A stretch of DNA of 63,262 bases, the filler included, from Hyphochytrium catenoides (lineage: Eukaryota; Protista; Hyphochytriomycota): the NCBI GenBank assembly GCA_900088475.1. It is 4 parts of 4 records of this genome, joined end to end, with 100 filler letters (N's around TTAATTAATTAA, not from the genome) between each part and the next. Parts side by side here need not be neighbours in the genome. Positions count along the whole stretch, not along the records: positions 14,652 to 30,454 come from FLMG01001594.1; positions 30,555 to 61,060 come from FLMG01004144.1; 2 more parts are not named here. One strand, given 5' to 3'. The notes beneath the pieces are model-generated. The model was given only the letters and a program-made list of their open reading frames with translations, was not told the DNA's origin and searched no databases. Positions 28,701 through 40,848 of the stretch are shown piece after piece (positions within the stretch are counted from its first letter, which is position 1; each line of letters starts with the position of its first letter). The position numbers and the translations under genes are program-made.

Positions 28701-29409
28701 TACTCCGTCGTGATGCCCGGAACGGGGAGAAACTTGAGGGGATAGCCCAAGGATCAAGCATTATTATTTGGCGTACTGCTCCCGTGATTACCGTCGTTCG
28801 CTAAGGATACAACTGCTCTCCGAGTACCGTTTCATCTAACCGTCACTTCCCTACAGGACTTTAGCAAGGAAAAGAAGGAAGAGGCTGAAAGGGCAAAAGG
28901 CAGCGGCAGGCAGGCCCGCCTGTCAGAGTGACATAAAGAGACGGGACTGCCTGCTCTGTGGCCCTTCCTCTTTCTCTCGCTATCTCCTACTCTGTCTCTC
29001 ACTCCTGCTTGCATTCTGCTAACCTCTCACCTCCCTGCGAGGCCCGTGTCACACACACATCCACACGTACTTTCCCTTAGTAGTAGGCCATTTTACTCCT
29101 TTTGCTCTGTTCCCCGTCGACTGCTGTGTTTTTAGCCCTAGTAAGCAAGTCGCAACTCCCTAACGCTTAGCAAGTGGCGCAGCTGCCCAAGCAGATTGAG
29201 GGACAAAAAGCCACACGGCGCCGCGATAAACTCAGCACAATTCTGATCGTGCACTTCTGGATATCCTATGGCATTACGCCGCGCAGGCGGAGCGTTTACA
29301 TGTAAGCAATATCAACCTTCTGTAGAGACACATAAAAGGCTGGTCTCACGCCTAAAGATGGACTGATTGATGCAAACATTGTATAATCAATACCCTTCTA
29401 CCGAAAAAG

Positions 29410-30260
29410 ATGCCCAATCACACAGCCTTGAGATGGCTCTGCCAATCCATATTGCTGTTGTGTTGGAGCAAAACACTCTTCGCGGTCTCCTCAACACCGT
29501 ACCTCATCCAGCCTGACCTGTCCACCTGGACGCCGATATCATGGTGCAACGGAACGAGCCCGGTCTATCTCTACCCTCTTGATCTGATAGAGCTACTAGC
29601 GGATGATATCCAGAGGATTGCTGTTCAGAGCCGACAAGATGAAGATTTTTGGNNNNNNNNNNNNNNNNNNNNNNNNNNNNNNNNNNNNNNNNNNNNNNNN
29701 NNNCCGATTGGGAAGGACTGTCTTCATTCACTAACGTCACACACCCCAACATCAGAGATACTCTTACTTGTGGGTTCAGTAGCTTGGGTCATCAGACGGA
29801 CATTTACGTTGATATTCAACTTGTCCAGTTGTTTCAATGCTTTCCTAATGGAACTTGGACCTCACAACCAGCACACGATGTGAAGCTTCTAGCCAGCAGT
29901 CCAGAAGCTTCTGTCTTGATTGCCACTAAGGACGCTTATGCAGCAGAGTAAGTGCACCTTTCTCTTAAGTAATCTCTGTTTCTAACACCCTTCTTGCCAT
30001 GCAGATACTTGAAGGCCGCACGAGGCAGCAGAGCTGTCCGGAGACTTCAAGCAGGCTATCAGATGGGTGAGAGTTTCAGTCGGAGCTCGTCTTCCTGGAG
30101 TGGAACGATGCTATCATCCTTACACTCAGGAACGGATCCCGATGACCTGGCCTCATTCGCGAACGGCGACTTCTACGCCGCAGATGGCGGTCTCAGTACT
30201 GCCGCCTGCAAGTGGTCCCCTACCTCTCCCATTAAAGAGCTCGAGGTCTGGATATCAAAG
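29410..30260 (+). CDS. Uncharacterised secreted or membrane protein, 5' part (gapped, truncated at linker)
   Basis: Signal-peptide-like N-terminus (LRWLCQSILLLCWSKTLFA), N-glycosylation sequons (NGT, NVT), GT-AG intron at ~29948-30004 with a CTAAC branch point. Confidence 0.6.
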
Positions 30261-30454
30261 GTAAAAGTGTTCACTCCTGACAAGAAAGGCAGACAGTTAA
30301 CCTGTCTCACGAAACATTCTTTGTACTGCATCTTGCCTCGGCTATCTGGCAAATTCATTCTTAGCCACTGCACTCATCAAGCGTTCGCCTCGGGGACATT
30401 GAAATTCTGGGAAGCTCCGAGGATATCCCTGTACTGGTTGGAAACAGCGAGGAC

Positions 30455-30554
30455 NNNNNNNNNNNNNNNNNNNNNNNNNNNNNNNNNNNNNNNNNNNNTT
30501 AATTAATTAANNNNNNNNNNNNNNNNNNNNNNNNNNNNNNNNNNNNNNNNNNNN
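30455..30554. other. Artificial contig linker
   Basis: N-flanked TTAATTAATTAA. Confidence 0.9.
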
Positions 30555-30556
30555 AA

Positions 30557-31589
30557 AAGCAGAGGGCCCGCCTTTCGAAAGCCACTGCCCAGGATTCTGC
30601 AGTCAGCTTTCGCACTCAATCAGATGATCCTCAACAACCTAACCATACAATGGGTTACTCTTTAGGATCCCAAGAGAAGTGCATTAGGAAGGCATCGCTG
30701 CCGCTTGTGCTACCTCTCAAAAGCTCAAGGTAATGCGAGTAAGACCCGTACATAACCGCAGCCCTCGCATCTGCCGATAGTAACACAGCTCATGTAGGAG
30801 AGGACAGCTGTGTGAGGAACACCGACTGCCTACCATTCCCACAATCTACTACATACCCAATTGGATCACAGAGGAGGAAGAAGAGACCATTGTTCAGTGC
30901 GTAAAGTCTGAAGCGTGGACTACGCTGCGCACGCGTCGTCTGCAGCGGTGGGGAGGAGAAGTTACATCCAGAGGTCTGGTCAACATCACAGAAATGCCAC
31001 CGTGGCTCGAAGCTATAGGGAATGCTTTAGTGGACTTTGGCGTCACGTTTAGAGAGTCAAACAACGGCGAAGAAGAAGCGGCGGATGTTGGACCGAACCA
31101 TGTTCTTATCAATGGTAAAGTGCATGCCATCCATCCGAACATTGAGCGGACTGCCTCATACTCAGAGAGAGCTTGTCACTTGCTTTGCTACGCACAGAAT
31201 ACCAGCCGTATCAAGGGATTTTAGGCCATACAGATGGACCACTGTATCACCCAAAGACTGCAACTCTCAGTCTAGGAAGTGACGCCATCATGACATTCAA
31301 GCGCAGCCGCTCGCGGGAGGACGCACCAGAAGAACTGGAACGCAAGGACGTCGACAGTCCGGACACCTTCTCTATCATCCTTGAGAGGCGGTCTCTGGTT
31401 GTTTTCAGTCATGAGGCATATACCAGTTACCTCCATTCGGTCGAACCCGAGGGTCTAGTTCTTGACGACATAGAGACTCTATGTATAGTAAACCTTCCCC
31501 ATACTAGGTACCAAAAAGGGGACGTTCTTTGCAGAGATCTACGTTACTCGCTTACGTTCCGGCGAGTACCGGTCGCCTCATGTCATTGA
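30557..31589 (+). CDS. ALKBH6: AlkB-family 2OG-Fe(II) dioxygenase ALKBH6 (3 visible exons; 5' end probably in the gap)
   Basis: IYYIPNWITEEEE, RRLQRWGG, PNHVLIN/EYQPYQGILGHTDGPLY, YLHSV and RYSLTFR (HxD...H...R). The frame is open to the gap edge. Confidence 0.92.
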
Positions 31590-31856
31590 GCGGGATAATA
31601 TAGCAAATTGAATGAGAGCCATCATAGGCGCTACCCTATGTACAGCCTTACAAAAAGCCCATGAAAGGGCTATTAATGGCTCTCCATGCTACCCATGAAA
31701 GCAAACTATCTACACAGTGAGTGCAACACTAGCTACATGCTACCTACATCATATGTACATGGAGGAACAACCAGAGCCATCAGCGACGGCTCTGGAGCTA
31801 TACAGCATAGACTATGTACAGGTGTACAAATCAACTCAATCGTCCGAGCCCTGCAA

Positions 31857-33239
31857 TCATTCCACAACGAGAGACCCTTCCACGGTATAAGAAACCGGGC
31901 TACTTGGCACCCCGAAGTTGAACTGCATTTCAGAGGGCAGAATTCGGTCGAGCCTTCTGGTTATTACTGACTGCTTGCGGATTGTTGATCTTTCGAAGTC
32001 GTCGTCCATCAGAAAGTCGGCCTCAATGCGGCACGGTGTGGCATAGTCCGACTCGTCCGTCAGAAAGCTCTTGGGCGAACATGGAGAGATTGGAACTTTG
32101 TCACCTGGATGTGCAGTAATGGCAAGTAAATGGAGCTGCAAGATACGCCATTTATAAGAGGAAGACCGAGGGACTCACCTTTCTTTATAACACTTGGGTC
32201 GCACTGTAACACAAGGCCAGGTCGGTGGCTCACTTGTGAATTCGTGCCGACGGCGGCTTGAAGGGTGGAAATGGTCTCTGCCTGAGCTTGAAGTGCAGAG
32301 ACGAGCTGGCCCAGTGTTGACTGTAGCGCTTCGAGCTTAGAGTTCATCCTCGTCTCAAAGCGGGCCAGGTCTATGTGTCAGAGCCAAGGGTCAGGATCTC
32401 ACGGTTGATATAGGCTCAACTCAATATAGCTCTACAAACCTTCCAAGGTGACCTTTCCTGGAACCATCTTATTGTTCTTCATTCCATCACCATGGGTTTT
32501 TCTTTTGGAGAGTACGCATATGGGGTTGGTGAATGTACCGGCTATAGCCCATGGGTGGCCCTTGACCTTATCAGTATCAACCTCGATCTTAAGCTTGAAG
32601 CGTTGTCCATCCTTTCTCCTGCTAACCTGTAATAAAAGAATGCTATCAGCATACCAGCTTTTACATAGTAGTGAAACTTTTCATGCAACCTTTTCCAGTC
32701 TAAACTTGATGATAGCGCTTCGACTCTCAGGTTTTATCTCCAGCTCATCGAACTCGTTACCGACGAGCCTCAGTATGTCTTGGTCCCTGTCTTCCACGCG
32801 GACCTCAGACTCAAAATAAAGCGTTGCCTTGAGAGGTACAGGCACGAAATTTTCGGAGGGGGTCCGGAAGAGCTTTCCATTCTCATCGTACTCCACAAGA
32901 GTGACGGTTGTTGTCAAGAAGTTGGACTTTCCACCTGTCACAGACGACGCTTTGGTCCTTGGTCACATGGACTACTAGTTATCGAGCAGATCATACCTTC
33001 ATCCTTATAAAACTCTGTATTAGGTTGTTTCATCACGATAAGTCTCCGAGATCCGGGCACCTAGATCGCGCAAGTGCACAGTTAATCTCCTCTTCAGCCC
33101 AGGAGGATGCCACGCGTTTTGAAAGCCAGGAGACAAGACTCACATCAGTAGGCACCACCGAGAGATGCTTCTTCAGAGGCCCGTGGAACTGTAGGTCACC
33201 TTGGCCCTTGCGCTTAGCCACTCGCTTTCTAGAGGCCAT
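31857..33239 (-). CDS. Uncharacterised 'YKDEGG/KVSRR/PICVLSK' protein, putative DNA-binding (6 exons)
   Basis: Spliced product MASRKRVAKRK...QPNTEFYKDE/GGKSNFL...AIIKFRLEK/VSRRKDGQRFKLKIEV...FTNPICVLSKRK, followed by a coiled coil and an acidic tail. Introns are canonical. Confidence 0.75.
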
Positions 33240-34532
33240 TCTGATGAAAGCTGAAGTCCACTACTACTTCAGCACTGTCAGTTCTTGGCTGGCTGCTTTG
33301 ACGTCTCCCCTGTTCGATCTGGGCTTCAAGCCTGCTCAGTATCACTCTAAGCTCCTCGTCGTCTGCTCAAAGGCGTGCACAGCTCTCAGATCCCTGGCCA
33401 GAGCTCTGAAGACTGTGGAGATCTTAGCTGTAACAGGAAGAACGAAGTTTTGTCTTCCCTCTCGCACACGCCGGCTGCGCTCATCTACATGTAAGGTTGA
33501 AGAATGACAGCTATCCTAGGCGGCAAACACACGTCGTTATAAACGTAGGTTCTCATTCTTTTAGTACCGCGGCCTTTCTAAACCCAAGCTACTCACTTTT
33601 GCGTTTCTGTCTGCTCGCTAGGATTACCCCATCCGTGCAGATTCGTAATAGCCCTACGCGCCTCTGCTGTACAGCCAACCTGGGGCTGCAATGACAGACC
33701 TTTGTGCTCAAGCTCAGAGGGACTGATCATGGTACACAAGTATACAGTTACAGTTCTATGCCCTACCTACAGTAGACTGTATGCGGACTGTGGCTTTGGT
33801 CAGTGTAAGACAAAGCAAACAACGCCAGGTGAGCCAAGATCCGCTGGAGTACAATAGAGAGGAAATGTGGACAGAGACATGAGCGTTCTAAGTTCTACAT
33901 TCTTCTTGCTTTATTTAGCTACAGTAACACAGTAACCATGACCGTCAAGATGGTCCATGAGTCATCCTCAAGAACTGCTTTCATTTGTGCTGCAGTTTGC
34001 TGTGAGCCTTCTTCTCCTCCGTGCTAAAAGTCCAAGTAACACCAGTGTCTTTGCTAGCTGGCCCTGTTTGCTTGGGGCTAAGAACTGGGTGGGCAGAGCA
34101 TTTGCATCTTGCGTTTCTATCAGAAGGGCGAACTTGGTTCCACTAGGCTGCTCTGTCTTCATTGCTATTCAGGGATGACAAGGAGCAGAAAGGTCTTCTA
34201 TAAAAGGCCTAGCACTATGAACATCATGAGAAGGGGGGGCCGCCATCGTCGAAATTTCTTGTGATCAAGCGTGACCTCAAATGACAGCTGCAAGGAAACA
34301 TTGGAAATATAGTGCAATCTTTCTTAACTTACTCTTACAGTTAGACTAGTTAGAGAATTACGGCATTATTAGTGAAAGTATTGTCCAAAGTTCAAGCTAG
34401 ACCTTCATCATCCTCCCTTCCCGCCACTTGTCGTACCCTGGATTCGTCGGAAACCATGGTGTTATAGGGGATATGCCATGATCCAGAGCGGATGGGTGGG
34501 CATCGTACACTGGACTAAGAAGATATCCATCA

Positions 34533-34679
34533 ATTGGTCTTATGTGATTGGACAATGGGTACATGAGTTGAAGTTGTCCATGCCTATGGAGAATTCTATT
34601 GGATAGAACCCAAACGTCACTGCTCTTCTATTGGAGCAGAACTGGCAGATTTAGGCTTGGCGGTATACCATCAGCCAAT
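34533..34679. promoter_or_regulatory. CCAAT-box cluster (5 copies)
   Basis: ATTGG at 34533, 34547, 34598 and 34630; CCAAT at 34675. Confidence 0.4.
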
Positions 34680-37461
34680 AGGAGACGGCGTTTCACTGCA
34701 CAGTGTTCAGTGCTTTCGCCTGATGCTGTACTTCTGCCACAGGATTCTAAATCTTCATGTCTCGAACGGCCATCGCAGCTGCATGACAGGAATCTTTGAG
34801 ATCACTACTCAATCATCATTGCACCATCATGGCCATCTATGATTCTAATCATCAGCAACCAATCACCCACGAACTCCTGTTGAGCTTTACGGAGCTTGTC
34901 TTGTCTGCAATTCTTCTTCATTCTATGTCTCACAGCTCTCAACACGATGCGTCGGCCCTATCTAGTTCTTCTTCAAATCCTCAAGAGAAGTATGTTTCAA
35001 TCAAGCTAATAATTGAGTGCGCAGCACAATGAGATAACGATAGAAGCACTACTAACTACTACTACTACCTACTGTTATTGTTAAAGTCTGCTGGTGGAGG
35101 AGGAGGGAAATAAAGTAGGCCGGTGATGAGTGATGAGTACCGGTGATGAGTGATGAGTACTGTTACAAGTACCACTGTCACATCCATTTAGAATACAACT
35201 CAAAGGAGACCAGTCATCATTGTCGTCATGCTAAGTTATATCTCTCGTTGCCACTCTATTGTTGTAGCAACCCCATCATCGTCCTTCGCGCGATGAAGAC
35301 AGAAATAGAAGAAGATAGATCACTAACTACCGATCTCTTTGTGAGTAACAGTAACCTCCGCAATGACAGCAAAAGAAGAAAGATCATTACAGATCTGTGC
35401 AGGTAAGGATCTTCGTATGATGAGAATGGTGTACTTAGTAAGGTAGTAGCGGTACCCGTGGATGATGCCCACCAAAACAAGACTGAGCCTTATTACCTCT
35501 ACCTATTATGCCCTTCCTTCCTCCGATCAGCGGTAAATTTATATCCTCCGAAGCTCCTCGCACTTGTCACTGTGCTTGTTTACATTCTCGGCAAGACGAA
35601 GGCAAGATGAAGCGACCACAGAGTACTTGTTTTTGTTAATGAAATATACCTCTTCTTCATCATAATAGCATCCAATGTAGTAGGTTAATAGCAACCTGGG
35701 CCCAGCCATCCATAATTCTCTTACAACTCTTCTCCGCCCTACTATTGGACGTATGAGGTAGTACCCGCTAGCGTGCCATTTTTTTTTCGCTTTTAACAAA
35801 GATTATATAACCCAAGTTTCGCTCAAGACAGAGGCGTGAAGCAGGGTCCTCAGCATCGTGTTAGTTATAAAGAGTTGTTGCCAATTCGCGCAGCACTGGA
35901 GGAGGACCCTTTAATAGGTGGTCTTTAATAATGACTCTTTATTCCTCTTGTTTTTTTCTTAGGTTATTCACCAATTATCATAAACTAGCAGGCATCATAA
36001 GTAGCATTTCTTCTTCTTGTCTCTAATGCTGTTGAAGTCTAATGGCCCTTTCCTCCTCCATATGTTGCGCCTAATGGAGGAATACCCCTACCATGCCGCC
36101 TCATTATTGAGTCATCGCTGCTCTGATTGATCGCCTCATTTTGTCCGATGCCTAACCCCAAGAGGAAGAGAAGACCATCTTTGCCCTCTTGATGATGATG
36201 ATGATGATGTTCTTTCAACAGATGTGGAGGTGTCAAGTACAATCGTCAAGAGTTCATTACCACCAGGAAGGTCAACTAATATAGAAGTATACTCCGTAAG
36301 AAGCAAAGGAGAGAAGGAATGGCACGATGGTACGGAAAATCACAAAAGGATTTTTTGCTCGCTAGTTTACGTATCAATGTGAGAATCGTGTAACGGACAT
36401 TCGGGTGGGGCAGAGGAGTGTAGTAACGGCCTGCTTTGGTGGTTCATAGAGGTAACTAAGGCACGGCAGTACCAGAAGGAAGTGAAGCAGCTTTGCAAGC
36501 AGCTGAGAGTCAAGCAGCTTGATGAGGAAGAAAGAAGTAGAAGAAGCTACCAGGAAGCGTCTCTCTGTGCTATGAGTGGCGAGGAGGGGTAAGAAGAAAG
36601 AGGGGACGATTCCCAGCACTCTTGCAGACGACGTCAGTGATGACTATGGGTCATCCGGGCCTGTCTTAAACGTCTTCAGACCCCTTGAAGGCCGCCGACA
36701 AAAGTAGTAGGCGGCCTTGCATTACGACAAGACGTTGTCTCTGCGCTAATTTTCATAAGTTGTTGCAGACTGATAACATAAGACCTGCATTGTCTATGCT
36801 TGAGGACGACGGCGACAAATAACGGAGATTGCTCCACAAAAAGGCCAAGACCGACTACGAGGATTACGACCTGCCAAGTCGTCAAAGAAGAACACACTCC
36901 TTATCTACTTCAGCGGCGGGGCAGGGTGGGACGGCGATGTGAGCTGCACCAATCTCTTTAACTTCACACGCGCGCGATATGATCTTTCCTCCATAGTGTC
37001 GTCAAGTTTGTGACGATGGGCTTCCGTTATTACATGTTGACGACTCTCAGTCCTGAAAGCTTAGAGAGAGATCTTCTCTTCCCAGTAGACCCGAAACGGC
37101 CATCCGGTTACTCTTTCCTCACTTCTTCCATCGCATCATTGTAAAGGGACACATTCCACAAGTGCAGTTGAAAGATCAAAGGGGAAGCAGCAGCGAATCA
37201 AAAGGCTTGCCTTTCTATGAAGGTTGGCGGTCAGGTGAAGCTAGCACCTCACGACCTCCTCCGATCCACCCTGCATGGCTCCGAATAGCCAGCTTTCTCC
37301 CGGGCTTCAAAGTCTTTGAGGCTCCTCCTCCTACGTGTCACTTCACGAAAGGGCATGTAGGCTTCCTTATTGTCATCAGGACAGCAGCCAGCTCTTGGCA
37401 AAAGCATCCTAAACTGCAGCACAATAACTGGCTCTTGGCCCTGAAACCCTACAACGTTACT

Positions 37462-38805
37462 ATGAACCCAACCGTGGAGCTCGAAGATGTTGACGAGGAT
37501 GAGAATGGTCAGCTTGAAAGATCAGGACGAACAGCAGCATCAACTCTTCCACGTTCGTGGCCCCTGAAAAAGTCCAAGCCAAACGAGGCGTCACGTGATG
37601 GTGCTGTGGCCTTCGAGTCTTTCTTGGCCTTTCTCCAAGCGCACCCACCCGGAAGCTTGAGCGATTCGGTCAGTCAAGACTATCTTCTCGAAATAAAAGG
37701 TTTACTCGAGCTCCACGGTGTGCCAGAGCCAGCTTCTACTTATACCAACCAGTGGGAAAGCAAGCCAATCGATGGTCAACCGCCGGGAATAAGTTCGTCA
37801 CCGGCTCTGCAACCTATAAAAGCTACGTCTTCCAGTTATGCTCCAGCGCACATGAATATTATCATGCCAGGACCTCCTCAAGCTGCGCAGACATGCGGCA
37901 CCATGCATCGAAAGATGGCCCTCACACACTTCCAACCAGTTGTGCCTTCCCTTATCAACTCTCATAGAAAAAAGGTCAGTCGAATACTCGTGGCTGTGAA
38001 CCCACACAGAGTACTGACTAAGGAGCAGAGCCAGACTACCGTGATGATGAGGCTCTGCGGACCTAGAGTGGCTGCGGCGTGGTTCCGACATAAGAAACTA
38101 ATGGCCATACTCAGTCAAGGCGTTTGGTGGTTGGATGTGGTGCTTTACTACCTGCTAGTGCTTGACTTTCTTTACGCGGATGCATTCCCTACGGGACCTT
38201 TGATTGCCGCGGGAATGTATGGTCTGGTGAAGATCTATTTGACAGTCAGCAACTTCGCTATCATGAACTTCAAGATCCTGAAAGAGATCACGAGAACATT
38301 TGACTGCGTATACCTGTTTATGGAGCTCCTACTATTCGGCCTCTCGTACTGCGCGGTTAGGTGCTTCAGTGTTCAGTCCGTGATCTTTATCATATTCCTG
38401 TTCGGCTCCTTTGTGATGATTATCTTCTACGACAGCTATCCTCTTAGGACAAGGCAGTCGTCAAGGATAATGTTCGCTTTCTGCGCACTGATGGCGGCGA
38501 GCATACTCGTCGTCCTATATGCCAGGCTCCCATCCAACATTTGCTACTACCGCTTCTCTTTTTCCAAGGGCCTGGTCTTACCTGAGGAAGACGGCAGCGA
38601 GTGCCAACTACGGAAGCGAGAGCGCTTCACATTTTGGGTGTACGATTTTTGCCTTAACCGAGGCTTTACAGTTCTCTTTTTGAATCTCAAGATTGCCTTT
38701 GCCGTGATGAAGCATCCCGATGACTGTGTGATTCTTAAGAGCAGAATCCGCCTTATTGAAGAGCATGGAAACAAGTCTCATAAGGCTGCCCAACAACGTT
38801 CCTAA
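37462..38805 (+). CDS. Intronless uncharacterised multipass membrane protein (~6 TM, long soluble N-terminus)
   Basis: Long open ORF with first convincing ATG at 37462 (447 aa). About six hydrophobic segments in the C-terminal half; AATAAA at 38838. Confidence 0.75.
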   Translation: MNPTVELEDVDEDENGQLERSGRTAASTLPRSWPLKKSKPNEASRDGAVAFESFLAFLQAHPPGSLSDSVSQDYLLEIKGLLELHGVPEPASTYTNQWESKPIDGQPPGISSSPALQPIKATSSSYAPAHMNIIMPGPPQAAQTCGTMHRKMALTHFQPVVPSLINSHRKKVSRILVAVNPHRVLTKEQSQTTVMMRLCGPRVAAAWFRHKKLMAILSQGVWWLDVVLYYLLVLDFLYADAFPTGPLIAAGMYGLVKIYLTVSNFAIMNFKILKEITRTFDCVYLFMELLLFGLSYCAVRCFSVQSVIFIIFLFGSFVMIIFYDSYPLRTRQSSRIMFAFCALMAASILVVLYARLPSNICYYRFSFSKGLVLPEEDGSECQLRKRERFTFWVYDFCLNRGFTVLFLNLKIAFAVMKHPDDCVILKSRIRLIEEHGNKSHKAAQQRS

Positions 38806-39055
38806 GACTAAGTAGCAGTAGCTGGCTACCTGTATTCAATAAATGCTATCTGCTTTTAATGTCTAAGCCGAGGTGACCCAATAAAGTCGTGACCCAAGAG
38901 GATGTGTCTTGAACTATTGGCGAGGAAACAGAACTTTATTCTGTGGCGCAACCCCACAAAGCCGGGTAACGGACTAGAAGAGTCTTCTTTTGTAGCCTTG
39001 AAGCACAATATGGCGTGGAAGGGGTCAGGAGTCGGCGGCCGAGGAAGAGAAGACT

Positions 39056-40124
39056 TAGCTCGTACGTGCTGAGACTTCGAAGTGGCAAACGATCGCGGCA
39101 ATGGATGGTATCAAAATCTAAAACATAGGAGAGGCAGCAATTGTGCTTGATCTCTTTTATGACGAAAGCGCTGCCGAAGATTCGGGGGGCAATCAAAGGG
39201 AGTTTCTGTAAGTGGTTTGGAAGCTCCTCCTGCCGTTGTCGACAGAAACGCACTATTGATTAGTAGAGCGAAGTCTCTGTGTTAAGAGAGAATACGGTCC
39301 TGTCGAGCAATGGGGATGAGCTAATCGTCAGCCCGAAGTGCAAGAGTAGTCCAATGAGATGATGTTCCCACGATATAGCAGTGCTTGTGTGAGCTGGATG
39401 CGTAGTATAGACAGCCAGCAGCAGAACCTGAACCCTATTCTATTGGCAGATGCAGATTGTTCTTTCGTCTGTCATTCTGATAGATACCTTTAGGGTGACA
39501 TCAAAGGCTGGTGGTTGCTGCACAATAAACCAGAACCTTCAAAGAAAGACATATCTCTCTGTCTCCCCTGCCTCCAGAGTGGCGGCGTTGCTTACAATGG
39601 CCTCACTCTCTGTTATTTCATCTGAACGGACAGCCGATCAACGACCGAGCTGTCTATCCTGGTAGACATACGGCGAGATGGAGGCGATACTGCAGAATGG
39701 ATCGCACTTCACGCCACTCTTGCGACATTAGCAGAAGGTGCTCGAAGTTGCTGCTTTCTTCATGGAGGACATTGACCCATAACAATGACCGCCGTTTTTC
39801 AAATCTGACCTTGTGTCAACCGGGCACCTGGTGCGTGTTATGTGTTCCTACGCCTTCTTATTCTAATAACGCTCAGATGTGGCCGCTAACGTCCGTAAGA
39901 GAAATTTGCGCTTTCGGAAGATTCCTTGGGAATTATTGGATGATGGCTTGCCTTCGGTACTCCTCGAGAATGAAAGAATCGCGACAAATCAAAGGATCCA
40001 GCCGCTTTTTATTCTTTCTGAGTTGAACAGAGCCCACGACTTCAGGAGTCTAGGAGGTCCTTTTCTAACAACATGGACAGGGGCAGAGGATGAAACCCAC
40101 AAGAAGTGCAGAAAGAGCCGCTAA
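39056..40124 (+). pseudogene. Probable decayed multi-exon gene of unknown family
   Basis: Exon-like blocks bounded by AG/GT (LVRAETSKWQ...EFL; GDIKGWWLL...TLAE; DVAANVRKRNL...KSR*) carry in-frame TAA and TGA stops. Confidence 0.35.
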
Positions 40125-40848
40125 CGATCAATAACAGGAAATGAAGCCAACCACCAAGAATTGTGAACGTAGGTCTCTGTCATTACACCAGAGAGCCTCA
40201 CATTCTGCGTCGGTTGAGGCGCATGTAGTGAGGTCTGACGTGAGATGCAGTTCTGAACTCAGTTCTGGACCTTGTTTCCCTTGGGCTTCCTTCGTTTCTC
40301 CTGCAACTCCCGCTCTCTTTCATCTCTCATCAGACGACTAGGCAATTTCTTCTCAGCATCCCCCTTGCATCTGTGTGATTTACACTGTCAATGGCATGTA
40401 CAGGAAGGAGTCTCTAGAAGCTCTGTTTCTCAGCATCAATGGCTGGTGGGTTGCATCATCAAGGTCTAATAGTATCTCAAAGCGAGACCTGGCCATGGCC
40501 ACAATATGCCTTAGGAGCTTGTCCACTCCCTTCCCAGCTTCTCGGCTTTCCTCTTCCCAACGATAGCGCGATGCGCTCAATCGGTGTATGCAGTTGATCA
40601 CCACTTTCCTCTTTTGTTAGTGGTTTTCTTCTATAAGTTAGTTCTGCAAATACCCCCTTGTCGACTCACAGTTGATTGACGTCAAAAAAGTATGCCGCAA
40701 TTGCTGGGCTGACCTGTGCTTCCTCCTGGAGGGCTGGAGGATGTTTCGGGGTAAGAACTCTTAGCGGTCTAGGCACGTCGGCCTTCCACGAGAGGTCGAT
40801 AGTTGAGGAAAGCCAATAAAGAGAGCAATCTCACCTTTCCTCCTGGCC

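Noticed and set aside
32908-33507. 199-aa plus-strand ORF
   Set aside because: Antisense shadow of the spliced minus-strand gene, with no recognisable protein features.
39620-39625. Selenocysteine or alternative genetic code
   Set aside because: A TAA also interrupts the same locus, and conserved genes use standard stops with no internal ones.
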